From contig OZ037767.1 in the NCBI GenBank assembly GCA_964035545.1, forward strand, positions 11,232,581-11,296,580: DNA of 64,000 nucleotides, written 5' to 3'. This document shows positions 45,801 to 59,385 of the stretch, piece after piece; position 1 is the first letter of the stretch; each line of letters begins with the position of its first letter. Below the pieces are notes generated by a model that ran no database searches, was not told the origin of the DNA, and saw nothing but the letters and a program-made list of their open reading frames with translations. Origin of the DNA: Bugula neritina (taxonomy: Eukaryota > Animalia > Bryozoa). The position numbers and the translations under genes are program-made.

Positions 45801-48800
45801 TGAGAAAATTTACCGAATGTATGGGAAGCTTTGAACACCTCGGGAAGTAATCCAAGCTGTCAGCCATTACAGTGGCTGAAGCAGAACAATTGGTATATAA
45901 ACTTTATGGAGCAGAAAATTCAAATATAGATGATGTCCTATACACTGTATTTTGTTCACCGTCTAAAATAACTCAATGCAGTTTGCCTCCAACAAAAGAT
46001 GAATTAAATTTTCACGTGAAAAGAGCAGATTATCAGGCAACCATTTGGAGAAGAGTGACAACAGCCTATATTGATGCACCACCCCCAGAACATTATGAAA
46101 GCATTGTTGAGAATCATGGCAGCATAAATATAAAGTGGATGATTCAAGCTTCTGCACCTGAACATGTATATTGCAAAGTTTAAACTGCTCCTGTAAGACT
46201 AGCTGCAACTTATTAAGATGTGGATATCAGAAGTCTCAAAAGCAGTGCATGCACTGATGTTTGTCAATGTAAAGATTGTCTGAAAAAAAGGGCTATATTG
46301 AGAAAGAAGAAGCTGATGAAACTGACGGCAGTGACAATGATGGCGAGAATACTTTTTCATAATAAAGCACTATTTTTAGACATTTGTTATATATTTTACT
46401 GCAACCAGTTTGATTTTGATCATGTTTCTGTTTCTCTAAATAATTTTACAGAATCTTGTTGATTTTTGCAGATGTCTAACGGCTACTGACAGACTAGCAA
46501 ATGATTCACTTGGGCTGCGCTCAAAAGATTTCAATATTTATTCATTTCAAGATTTATTTTGTGCTATAATTTTATAAATATAGTTTTTTCACACATCAGC
46601 ATGGCTTTGTTTTTATTTTTGTATAAATAGCTTGGTCATACAATTATTCTGCATGCTTATGCCGCATGCAATATGGCGATTTCATAAACAACTTGGTTTT
46701 AATTTGAGATAGCGTCTTGCAGTCTTTAAATTCAGTATCAGCATAGAATTCTAAGTAAGAGGCAATTATTTTTGGTATTTCAACAAATATTTTTTCTTCA
46801 AGATAGCTTGTTAACATTGGATACTATTTTGCACAATCCACATTTCTTTTTATCACCCATTCAAGATGTCGATTTGTTTTTTTGCAATAACTTGAGTTTG
46901 GGTAGAGATAGAATTCTAGAGTTTGTAGATTCAGAATCAGCACAAAATTCTGATCTAAAAACTACTTTTTTTGAGTGGCCACCTAGTAAAGTGTAATAAG
47001 CCAATTTTTTGAGCACTTTTTGGGAGGTTACTTCTAGACTAATATATTTTACACTACAATAACTATTACGAGAAGATTTAACATAAATTTTCAATTCGAC
47101 ACCTGTACAAGGAAAATTCAAATACTGATAATTGGACATTGCGTGTAAAATAAAAAACCTCCAAGAGAGAACAACTTCTAGACACATGTACACATTCTCA
47201 CCTCCACCTTCCCGTTGCGGCTTCAACACATATCTGTGTGGATTAGCCTTCGCTGCCTCAACAACCTCTTTCTGTAAATCAGATAAAAGTCAGAATAGAT
47301 AATATCATTCTGTTGTCCTCAAATATATTTAAATTAGTCATTAAGTAAACTTTTGTTTTGAATCGCAAAATATATTTTAAAGGATAGCCTTAGTATTGGT
47401 GTGAGCATACATCACTGCTTATACCAGACAACTGAATGCTTACATTTTTTAGAGAGTACAGGCCAACAAACGTGCTTCTCACTTGAGCAGCTTTTTCAGG
47501 AGATAAGTACCGTTCTACTACACCAGGGCGAGATAACTCTTGTTGCACCTTTTTAGTACCTGGAAAAAACATTATCATTAGTCAACCTACCAGAATATTC
47601 TAACCACAGAAGCGATCTATCACAGTAACATAAATATTGAGTCTAAGCAAGTTAGCAGTTTACTGTCTTCAGCCAACATCCCTAAAATACCGTAACAACA
47701 TGAATTTTTGAGGACATATTGAAAATATATTCTGCATATAGAAAAGCTCTAGGTTTCAAGCATATCCTACAAGAACAACTATAAATAGAGAAATAGCCAA
47801 GTTGCACATTCTTGAGATAGCATGTTGTTACAAATAGTGAAAACAACTAGAATAAAGTAGTATTTCCAGACATTGTAGTTTATAATCATGCAATAAAAAA
47901 ACATGTACAATTAAAATAAAATTAAAGCCAGAAGTTTTTTACTGAGATTTCTAATTTTCCAAGTAAAACAAAAACAAATGCATCTACAATATTTCAATGG
48001 GGTATTTATTATGGACACTCCATAATACAATAATTGTGAAATATTTAAACTGTTGGTTTGAATTTTTTTGCTCCAACTTTCCCCACAAAGATCTCTTACA
48101 GCGGAATTATATCCCTTAATCATATTGCTGCGCTAGACATCATTGCAAACCAACAGGTGTGACAATTGATACTGGATAAGTACCTGCTAATTGATACGGT
48201 ATTGAAGGGCATTTTATAGCCTTGGATCTTTCTATCAGTAGCCTTAAATTCCAGAATTCTTCTGTCATACCGCCAGGTGCATACAGACTTCGATAGTATA
48301 CAAGAGCCACCTCTGTGTTGTCATCACTAAAAAACGTGCACACTTTAGCATACATTGATATTTTAAAAGTAGTAGCAGGCCCAAGTAAATTCATACTGGA
48401 TAAGCGTGGTGCCACGCTAGAAAGATTTCTGTTGACGAAGTTCCACAGAAAGTGGGAAAAAATAGCCATTTTGGGCGGATTTTATGCGGTGAAAATGCTG
48501 AACGGCCAGCTAGGATTGATTCTACCACCGCGACATAATTAGCTTATCACTATTCAGCGAGCCTAATTTTTGTACTTCATTTGCGAATTATTGAGTGATC
48601 AAGTGAGATATCAAAACAGGCACATTTTTTCGATTTAATTTTTCTACTTTTTAGCAAAAACAGTCTTATCCTATCTGCATCAATTTGTTCATAGCAGAAG
48701 TAGCTATGGAAACACAGATGCTGTAGGTAAGCAGTGAAGTCCAATGCAAGAATCAGTGGCTAGTAATTCATGTCTCTCACTTGTGTGTGGCAAGTGACTC

Positions 48801-51800
48801 CTGTAGTGGAATTCCCTGCATCCGATAATCCGTTTAGTGTGGACTCACACTAAATGACACATTTTGAAGGTAGGAATATATGATTCCTATGCAATGTACG
48901 ATTTTCCATTAGCTGTACACAAAATCAGTAAAATATGCTCTTTTTACTGTAAAAGAAGATTTTTTTGTGCACTAAAATATCAATTCCTCTGGCAAGCACA
49001 CATAAATAATCAAGTTATGCAGAATTGCATTAAATAATTATAAGCATAATGTAGACTATAAATACAGTTTGGACTTTAGTGCAAAACTAAGTGATGAAAA
49101 TATCACAAAATTATTTGTCTGACAAGCTCAACTCTGCAAGGACTTACATTATTAACCGCTTATCTTCATTCAGGAAGGAGGTTTTCTGCAAAGCATCAGC
49201 TGTTTTCATTACAACCTTCACATCTGGGTTCCGCTCTAGTATAGCATACTCTATTGAGCGGATATCTGCAAAGTTGCTGTCTTTCTTTCCGAGTACAAAC
49301 ATTACCACAGCTCTAGAAACACAGACTAAATTAAACTAACTACAACTGAGTAGACTGTAGAGGGTGGGGGGGTCAGTTAGTTAGTAGGCTATAGCAGAGC
49401 TGATAGCACAAAGGTTGAAGATGAAGTGAAGTCAATTAGCAAATAAGACTAAGTGTTTCAATACATGAATTACTGCACCTATAGATGTTAGACCTGGGCT
49501 TCACTTGCTATAGAATGTCATGCATTCAGTTGGTATATTAATACATTCACTACACATGGCATACAAACACTAGTGCATACAGGTGTAAACAGATAAACAA
49601 AGCACATGTGATTTGATACATACTTTGGGTTAGAGTAGAGTAGCCAAGCTTTAATGATGGAGTCAGCTATAGTAGGGACGGCGTCATTAACAGGGTAGCT
49701 GTCCCCGTTGTAGAGACAGGGGTCTTCTAGAATCCTGGCCATATATCTGTAAAATACATAGGATATTACATATTATACTGCGCAACATATAGAAGATCAT
49801 ACATATATAATATTGTGTAATATACAGGGAATCATGTACAACACTATGCAATATACAAGATATCACACTAGGCCTATATAATACTGAATACTTACCGATG
49901 CACTTTGCCAACTTTAGTGCTAACCGCTGCCATAGATGACGCCATGGTGTTGAATTCTATTTGTCCTAATTTGAAATTAAAACCGTCAGTACATTCATAC
50001 ATGTAGTCTGATCTCACAATTGCCAGAGAGAAAAGCTGCAAAAAGAAATAAATCCAATATAAATCTCAAATACTGCTACCATTTCAGACCACAAGAGGCG
50101 AGAGTTAATAGTTAACTTCTATTGAAAATCTCAGCTAAAATGTATATCGAGCAATATTTTGAATAGCTAGGCTATGCTCTCTCTTGAGCTTACTTGCTAT
50201 AATTCTGACTTCACCCGTGCAAATAATTGACTTAAAATGTAATTTTAATAAAATTCCTAAAATTATATTTGTAGCAGGGGCAACCAGAAAACCCTATGCA
50301 CTACATTGAAATAAAATTAAGATAAATTAAGCAGACAACACCTTTTCAGTATCAACACCTGTTTACACCGATATGCTTCCCACAAAAACATAATTCTATT
50401 TATCCAATATTGTTTGACTAAACAGGATAATTTTTTATGCTGTAGGCTTTGCAACGTTTTGATTGGCTGCGCAGTTTGGTAACAATAACACATTCTTTTA
50501 CAAACACAATACATGTAGCAAGAAATGCTCTCCTGTTTGCTTTGAATACACAAATGTTGCAAGCAAAAATGCCTTCTCAAGTTCAAAGTACCATCTAAAT
50601 GTCTGTCACCACAATTCTGTTTGTGTCAACCAGGTGGTTCTAGAAAAAGTCTAACAAGGACAAACTTTAATAACTGAAGCTGCAAAATTAGCTCTAAATA
50701 TAAATTAGTTATTCTTTTAACAAGAAATTTTCTTCATACTATATCGGTCTTAAAATATATATTAATCATATGTAAATATAAAGAAGATAGTGCTACAATT
50801 AGTTTTCTATTTGGACAGTTGAATGTAGGTAACTTGTGCATAGTCCACTTATTGCCGCAAGTAAATTAAAAGATGCCATGTACATTAATTCAATTTAACT
50901 CTTGAGTTGACGTTTCATTTATTGCATGACTCACTTCAGCTGCCTCCTCCTGCTAGATAAGTCTTGTGGCTAAGTTTGTAACAAACTGGTAAGATATGAG
51001 TTGCATAACTTGCTAAAAAGGCAAATATTGGGACATGAAAACTGTTAAGACATAATGGATACATACAGCAGCAGGACCTTCTCTGTGAACAGTGTCATAC
51101 AACTCCAACTGTCGCTGGACAAAGTCATCAGCAGCAGCTGTACTGTAACAGAACAGATTGGTTGGCACGAGAAACTGTAATATCGCATTGAATTACGTAT
51201 TATAAAAGTATGAGTATAATAGTTGAAACTTTATCAAACAGCGCAATATTTTGTATTCTAATTACTTATCTCAGGTTTTCCAAGCTAGAGTAAGTAAAGT
51301 TCAGTAGTAAGTTAAGTATAGATTAGATAACCTAGTTGATAAGACTAATGTTAGCTCAAATTCCATTAAAGGGTTCAATTTGTGAGAGTATTTACACATA
51401 TGCACTATGGCCCAGGTCAATGACACAGGAATCTAATTAATTACAATTACATGAAAAGTTGTCAATTACAATTATAATTACAGCTAAAATTAATGTAATT
51501 AATTACAATTACTTTTGTTCTTACAAAGAGTAAATAGAAGTTATAGAATCTCACTTCTGGGGTCCAACTACCTGAGGCAATTTTGACACTGGAGAACTTA
51601 GTTTGTTCTCTACAGTGCTTAATCATAAGGTAACACGGTATTACATTGAAGTAATCTGAATTTTTATTAAACAGCAGGCATGGTAGGAAAAGTATTCATT
51701 TTTCAAGATTTAAAAGTTTGAAGTAATTGACATGTTGTTATAAAGTAATTGTAAAAATCAATTATATTATATGTGTAATTAATTACGATTACAATTTTAT

Positions 51801-52817
51801 ACATCAATTACAAATTACATTGAAGTAATTGAAAAATGTGATTAATTAATACCAATTAAAACTACAAATTGCAATTACCCAAACCCTGCACTATGCAACT
51901 ATAAACTTGAAATACCCAAAAACACTCTTTTCATGCTAAAAATGTCTAAGAAGAGAAAAACTTTCAATGGCTGCTAGTTCACTAGGGTGAAAATTAGCGA
52001 CCAAATTTGGTAAACTTACATATTTCAAACATTTAAAAGGCAAATAGTTGAGCACTAGGTTAGCAAAATAAGGAAAAAATCTCATCTCATGCTATTCTAA
52101 TGAACCTATAATCACCCCATCAGAGCCTCCTTAAGAAAATCGTAATCATTGGCAACTTTATGATAGAGCTCATTGTAGGCAGTTTGCACTGCAAGAGCTT
52201 TGCTGTACATAGACTTGGGATACTTGGTCGGAAATAGTGTCATTGAGCCCATGATTGTTGTCTGCTGATCATCATTTCCTTTTTTACGAATCAAAAACCC
52301 TAAAAATAGTAGAAAAATAAAAAATTCTAAAATATGATGCGGTAATACATAATAATTGCATTGCTAACAATTTGATAGCACTCTTTAAGCCAAGGATGTT
52401 TAGTATACCTTTATGGTAGTCATATGACATGCAGTAAAAACATTTGCTTTGCAAGTAATTCAATATCACATTAAAATTTCCCAGATTTATTTGACAATTT
52501 ATTCCTTCAAAACTGCAAAAACTGATTAGGGAGTGAAAATAAATTAGTTCACAGGCTATAAAACTATTAAACCATCATTTGAAAATTACGTCAATATAAT
52601 TTCAAATTTTCAAACAAAAATTTTTTGAATGCTTTCTGGGAAAAATGTTTTAAGCTAGAAAACAAGAAGCAAATACTGTCCAGTGTAGAAAGCTATAAAG
52701 TAAGGATACTACCATACCACAGCACTCTGCATAGTCTTGGCACTCACTAGCCAATGAGCTCCAATCATCTACAGATTCGCCAATCACTTTGCATATGGCA
52801 CCTTTTCTGCAATTCAT
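42891..52817 (-). CDS. GSS: Glutathione synthetase, 489 aa; exons 52817-52718, 52299-52116, 51142-51067, 50035-49896, 49746-49624, 49312-49148, 48326-48184, 47559-47444, 47271-47202, 43585-43390, 43047-42891
   Basis: [94 protein letters not shown]...D.PYL; all GT-AG and in phase. Confidence 0.94.
43886..46995 (+). mobile_element. Decayed Academ(X)-like DNA transposon in GSS intron 9 (XPG/PIN-like nuclease and Cys-rich remnants)
   Basis: TIR-like ends TACACT....GGTGGCCAC / GTGGCCACC....AGTGTA; fragments [47 protein letters not shown]...CTDVCQC. Confidence 0.68.
51413..51888. mobile_element. Second copy of the AATTAC-rich MITE (GSS intron 2)
   Basis: Shares aatctcactt..gggtccaactacc..ggcaattttgaca and the 3' end aaccctg with 25666-26162; left end degenerate. 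Confidence 0.8.
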
Positions 52818-53166
52818 CTTTGAGAAGAGGCAAAGACGCAGCCTAAAATTTAGACATTCCATGAATGTAAACAAAGTTTCATTTCTTAAACTTTTCCGAT
52901 AAACAATACACCCAACTATAATAATTGTATTGGGGCCATGTTGATATTCAGCATGCTGATCTTTAAAACCTCAGCACTTGTATTCAGCATAATGATAATC
53001 AAAACTACAACAACTTACAACTACAAGACAATTCAAAATCCACTTGAATTATTTCACAGAATAAAATTAAAAAAATTTTGAGAGTGGCAAAATTACATTT
53101 TCGCTTTTATTTTAAGTATCTCTTAGTTAACTTACAAGCAAAGATCATACTTTAAGCCAAAAAATA

Positions 53167-53225
53167 TCTAACTATAAATGCAATGCAGTAAATAGTTTAT
53201 TTACTGCATTGCATTTATAGTTAGA
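53167..53225. repeat. Perfect 28-bp-arm hairpin
   Basis: tctaactataaatgcaatgcagtaaata-gtt-tatttactgcattgcatttatagttaga. Confidence 0.9.
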
Positions 53226-53230
53226 CTAGT

Positions 53231-54386
53231 CAATATTCCGAAGGCCCATTGCTCCGAAGGTCCATTATTCCGAAGGTGCATTGGTCCGAAGGTGCATTGT
53301 TCCGAAGGTGCATTAGTCCGAAAATTAGTAGATATAGTATTATATCACTGAGAATATCATAAATTTCACTCACAATCTTGCTATATTATTGCTAGCTGTG
53401 GGTGGCATGCATGTGGCCTACTTGTAATTTTTTAGCCTGAGATTACACTATGATGCTGCCTCAATTAAGGGCTGCATCATCTATCAACATTCCACGGTGG
53501 ATGCTCTATAAACTAAGTACACAGCAAGCTATTCACTAGCCTGTCAACTAGCAAGCCTGTAATTAGTAACCTATGCATTAGTATCTCCTCATCTCCAAGT
53601 GCTCACTGAAGTATGAAGTGTTGTGCAAGGGTGATATAATAAATATTTTTAATTCACAGTTTATATAAAAATAACAGCTATAAGCAATGAACTCAAAATA
53701 TCCAGTTCAATGGCTATAGTGATTGCAGTCAGTCAGCTTACATAGGCCCTTCATATGTTGACTACTAATTGAAAAACTAAAGTAAAAAATATTAAAGCCA
53801 AGCAGACATTTTGGGTCTACTGTACTGTATTTATGATAAGTTTGGTAAAAGTTAACCGCATATTTTATAAAAAATAGTTTGCATTTGAAGTTGGCGTCAA
53901 AAAATTATTGGTATTGAATGAAATAGTAAATTTCTGGCTTGGCAGTTAACTATTTGATATCACATATTTAATCTCTAAAATTATCTGTAAGCTGCTAAAC
54001 TGCATTATTCTATGCTATTATTCTTAATATCAGTAAATACAAGCATTGGAGACAAAAAAAAATAAACATCTTGCACGCTACTCTAAAATCAAATAACCAA
54101 AGCTGCACGCCAAACCAAACAACCCCACAAGATATGTAGATGAGGGCAACATTATTAGTATATAAGAATTCAGATCTGCCAAATAGAACCTCACCTAAAC
54201 TAAAATTTGAAAACCATGTTATAGATTTTCCTGTTGCTCAGAGCAACTATTTTGAAATGTTCAATATAAATAGTTTTAATTCTAATAATGATTCTACTAA
54301 TTCGGACTAATGCACCTTCGGACTAATGCACCTTCGGACTAATGCACCTTCGGAGCAATGCACCTTCGGAATATTGCTCCGTCCCC
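53231..54386. mobile_element. Foldback/MITE-type element whose TIRs are built from 16-bp tandem repeats
   Basis: Five tccgaaggtgcatt-type units at 53237-53321 are mirrored by ttcggactaatgcacc units at 54301-54370; caatattccgaagg / ccttcggaatattg. Confidence 0.8.
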
Positions 54387-56299
54387 ATAAACTATAATCT
54401 GTATGAACAAAAATATATTGAATCACTGAATTTTACACAACTCTCAGTCAATCATTAAAGCCACAGGTCATGTCTCAGTCACAAATTCTCTTTGTGTCAA
54501 GTTCTTCAAAGGTATGTGCATCAACAGGTATGTGCACCAACACCTTATTCTTTGTATTACACACCCTGCACCTTGTGTAGCTTTGTTCTATTATTATAGT
54601 CACCTTGTAACTTTTAGTGCTTAACCTGAATGTTTTGATTTCTTTCACTTTCTCCATGTACAAACCACTTAGATTGGTTTCTTTCCATCCATTAGTTCTT
54701 TCAATAATTGTCACAATTGAGTGCAACAGAGGATTAGTATTGCAAGAAGTTGTAATGTTTTTATCTATAATTGCTCTCCTTATGTTCTTTGACAGATTAA
54801 ATTCTTCAATACTTACACATTCCTTAATTAACACTATTCATTTGTTATAGTCTTTCTTTTTGACATATGGTTTGTTAACATTGGCATTCATGTAGAGTGT
54901 ACCATCTATTGTCATAGGTTTTCTTGCTTTCCAATGCATCTCTCTCAGCTTATTAAATGCCCAGTAAAGTTCTGTAGCACACTGCTGCAACTTCCCATGT
55001 GACCATTTTTTTCATGCTATATCCACCCTTCAGTTTTCAGCCCAAAACTTCTCCAACTTGCTTATAACACCTTTCCCTGACTTTAACTTTCATTTTATTC
55101 TATGTGTCTAGAAAAACTACCCATTTGCCAGATTTCTCTGTCCTCTATAAGATTCAAATTGTAATGCAAGTTTCATCTCAACTTCTTTTTTTGAAAATCC
55201 TGGCAGTGTTTACCCACGCTCCCAATTCTAACTTGTGTTCTCCATAAATCTTTAGGTTATTCATATGCAAAACATTATTATATCATTGTAAAAATATAAT
55301 TATTATATACAGAGTAAAAATAACACTTATAGTATTATTACTTTTAGTATAAATTTTAATTATAACGAAAAAACTTATAGTTATAGTTAAACTTATACTT
55401 ATAGTTAATTTTTTACTTATAAATAAGGTATAAATATAAAATTAAAGACAGCTCACAATGATATTATTTTATTATTAACATTTATATTGATAGTTTAGTT
55501 TTTTAATCATATCTAAAAATGTATAAGTATTCAATTCAATTTTACTTTATAAATAATCATAATCATATTAATATAATTAATAATTATCATCAAAATGATA
55601 GCGATATACTTCAACTACTAATACTTAATCATTTTTGTCAATATACTATAGTAATACTATTAGTTAAACTTAAAGTTAATGTTTATGTCATAGTTATAAC
55701 ATATAACATAAAGTTAAACTAAAACTTGAAGTTAAATATTTAGACTAAAAATAATAAAATCAAATTGAAATAGTAATACTAATAGTAGCCTAATACTAAT
55801 AGTAATAGTAATACAGTAATAGCCAGTAATACTAATAGGAATAGCAATAATAGAACTAAATCAGTATCACTTAATACAATACTTATACTAATAGTATTAC
55901 TGTAATAGACAATAGTAGTACTAGTAGTAATACTTTTACTAATATCAATAGCAATACTTAGTAATACTAATAGTAATAGTAAAAATGACTGTAAGTGTAA
56001 CTGTAATACTATTACTATTAGTATTACTATTATTATTAATACTAGTCATCGAATTACAATTACCTAATTAGTATTACATTTACTATATAGTAAATTAGTA
56101 ATTAGATCAATTTAAATGAATTAATTCATTAATATTAATAAGTATAAACTATAGCCATAGGTATAACCACATAGACATTCACATTACTTCGTTTTTTAAA
56201 TTTTTTGCAATAATTCTTATTTTACTTCTCAAGTCTGGTTTTATAATACTAGTGATACTAATAATCATAATCATTAATTTCATTCAATCAACAAGTCTG

Positions 56300-57120
56300 A
56301 CCGTTGTTTCAGTTCGACTGCAACATCATGACAATATTATACTGATTACAGAAAACTTTTCTATAAGCAGTCTTGATTTGTGGGTAACTGAGCTTAAAGT
56401 TCTTGTTTGAAGTTGGGGTGTAAATTAGACCTTCAAACCCACTGACTTCAAACTCGAGATCCTAAACTATTGAACTCAAACACCCCGAACTTGGGCTGCT
56501 TATAAAAAATTTCACTCACAATACAATCGTAATGCCAATAAAGGTCGGCGATACGCTGATGTCATGCTTATGCTGCACAAATTAGTCTTAGTTTACACTA
56601 CCCACTGAGCTGGAAAAGAATATTATTGTAATATTATTGAGTTCATTGACACTACCGCTCTAAGCGGTGTTGTTCTCTAGACCCACCACCTGTTGGATGA
56701 CATCATATTTACCCCTCCCCGTTGTTGAAATTAAAGAAAATATCACGCTAATAGAAACTAAAAGCGGCCAACGCATAGGTAAAGGGCAATTTTACCAGCC
56801 AGTGTCAGAGTAGACAAATGTCAAAGGTTATCTGTCGGTCAATATTTATTTATCATAAGAGTTTTTTTTTATGATCACTGGATATTAATAATTATACTAG
56901 GTTATACTTATGAGAAATATGAAATGATATGTTTTTAATAGCATTGGCATCACTTGTTTGATCCACCGATTGTTCCTTCCTACTGAAAAGATAACTCTAT
57001 AGTTAAATCACGCTGTAAATTGTTATCGACACAACTCAAGTTTCTTAGGAAGTTGTCCAATAATTTATATTTATAAAGCTTTAAAACTAATCGTCGCCAG
57101 AACCATTACAGATTACTGCT
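56300..57120. promoter_or_regulatory. Probable bidirectional promoter region for GSS and OTUB1
   Basis: Higher-complexity, CpG-richer island between two TA-rich low-complexity tracts. Both ATGs are preceded by splice acceptors, implying upstream UTR exons. Inference. Confidence 0.35.
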
Positions 57121-59385
57121 AACTATTAATATAACTAATACTATACGTATTACTATAACTATTTTTTAATATTAGTCTATTAGTGCTAGTAGTAGTAGCA
57201 CTATGAGTATGTCTATTAACTTCAAGTATTAATATTATTACTAACTTTAGTAATTAGTTGATAATCAATTTTATAATTATTTATATTAATCATTATGATT
57301 ATATAGTGATTATATTTATTACAATTAATGAATTATAATATAAACTATAAACTTAAGTAAATAATCATAATGATGTTAATAATCATAATCATAATTTTCA
57401 TGTCACCTTAATCATAATGATAATCATCATCATGTATCACTAAAACCAAAAGTAATACTAATCTAATACTAATACTAATAGTAAATCAGTATAATTATAC
57501 TAATACTAATACTTAATACTAATAGTAATAGTAATAGTAATACTAAGAGTAAGTCTAATGTAATACTAATACTAATAGTAATAATATTATTATTATTAAT
57601 GCAATTGCATTTTGATTACTTTTAGTTTTATGTTTAGTTTTACTATTACTATTAGTATTACTATTGCTATTAGTATTACTATTAGTATTTGATTATACAA
57701 TATGAATAAGTGAATAAGTATAACAGTTATATTCACCACAATTACAATAGGTTTACAAACATACACATACTGATACTTATAATAATAGTAAAGATTATAG
57801 GATTCACATTTCCATATTAATGTTCCCTATGACTTATACTCTGAGTATGAGTATGATACTGATTATGATATGCTCATATTGAGATTTGAGTCATGTTGAT
57901 GTTCGATACTCATTGAATTTGAATTAGTTACTATATACTCTGAAGTCATGGCTTGAGTATTTACTATAACCATTTCAGTATTTAGTGTTTGCTGTCAATG
58001 TAGCTATTACTATTAGACATAGCTTTTCAAAATAAGTTTCGACTAGTATCTATTTTAGTTTGAATTTTGATTTTAAATTAAATTGTATTGTAATTTTGAT
58101 TTTATGATTTTTCTAAGTATGGAGGCCATTGCTACATCATTATAATAATGCTAATCATATGGAATGTCATTCATTTATAGTCATAATATAAGCATTAATG
58201 CTTATTGCCATTATGATTGCATGACCTGCAAAAGAAGCTGAAACTTCAAAAGCCAAACACGATAAAATGCACCCATACTGTTGCACTGCGTGCACTGCAG
58301 CTTAATATCAGCCTAAGTGTACGGCATCCGTTTCCCCAGCTTCAAGTATCAGCATTATGACCATAGTACTACTATAAAAATAGTAGCTATGACTATCCAT
58401 GTGGAAATATTTTTTTAACCAAGTTCACTAGTTGTTGGTTAAAAAACTTTGAACAGGGACAACTTGTTCGAAGAGTATTCCATTCAGGAATTAACCTTAC
58501 CTCGAAACTCCTAACCTTAAAGCATAGCATATTATCACCAAAACACTATTGACCACATGTCATTCTATAAATTTACCTGATTCAAAATAATTTTGAAGAT
58601 AAGGATCAGAATGGTTTTGCTTTGTTATATTTGGACTGTGAGTTAAAGTCTTAGTTGTTTCTAACTTAGTCTTTTAGACTCTGACTACTAGCAAGGCTGT
58701 GCCTAACCCTATTCATGTTGTTAGGGTGATGGTGGTTTAGAGATAGTGGTAAACAAACTTACCTAGTGTGTACTCTGGCTAGTGAGCTGTTGGCTACTAT
58801 AAATAACATACTAGTAAATGAAAATTATGTTAGAATAACTATTGATAGTTTGATAAACGTGCCTAGATATATTATTCAAACATAAACCTGTTTATTTCAA
58901 ATCTTTTTATTTATAGAAAACTAAATTATGTAAGATGTTATAAATATTATAGAAGATATAGCTTAAAATTAATTTTATTTTTTATTTTTGTTTACAACTA
59001 TAACCTGTGCTAAAAGAGGAAATATGTAAATTAGAGAATATGTAATCCCTGAATACTTATAGAAAATGTTAGATAGTGAAAACTTATATGTTGAAAGTTA
59101 CAAGCATGTTTTAATTTCATTCAATTGTTATCAACATTGATTACAGCACTACTAAAAAGGCAAGGAGCCTTTTAATCATTTTATAATTTATTATTAATAC
59201 TTCTCTGTTCAAGTTATTCAGCTACTCATATAAAATAAGATTGTTTATCGCTACCATTTCATTACAAATGTCCAGCTTTATTTTTTTTTAAACTTTTCAT
59301 GAATATTTTATGATAGAAGAGTTAGCTGGCACTGTTTGCTTATCTAACTGCTTTCCTGAGTTTTACTGAACTTTAATAGGCATCA

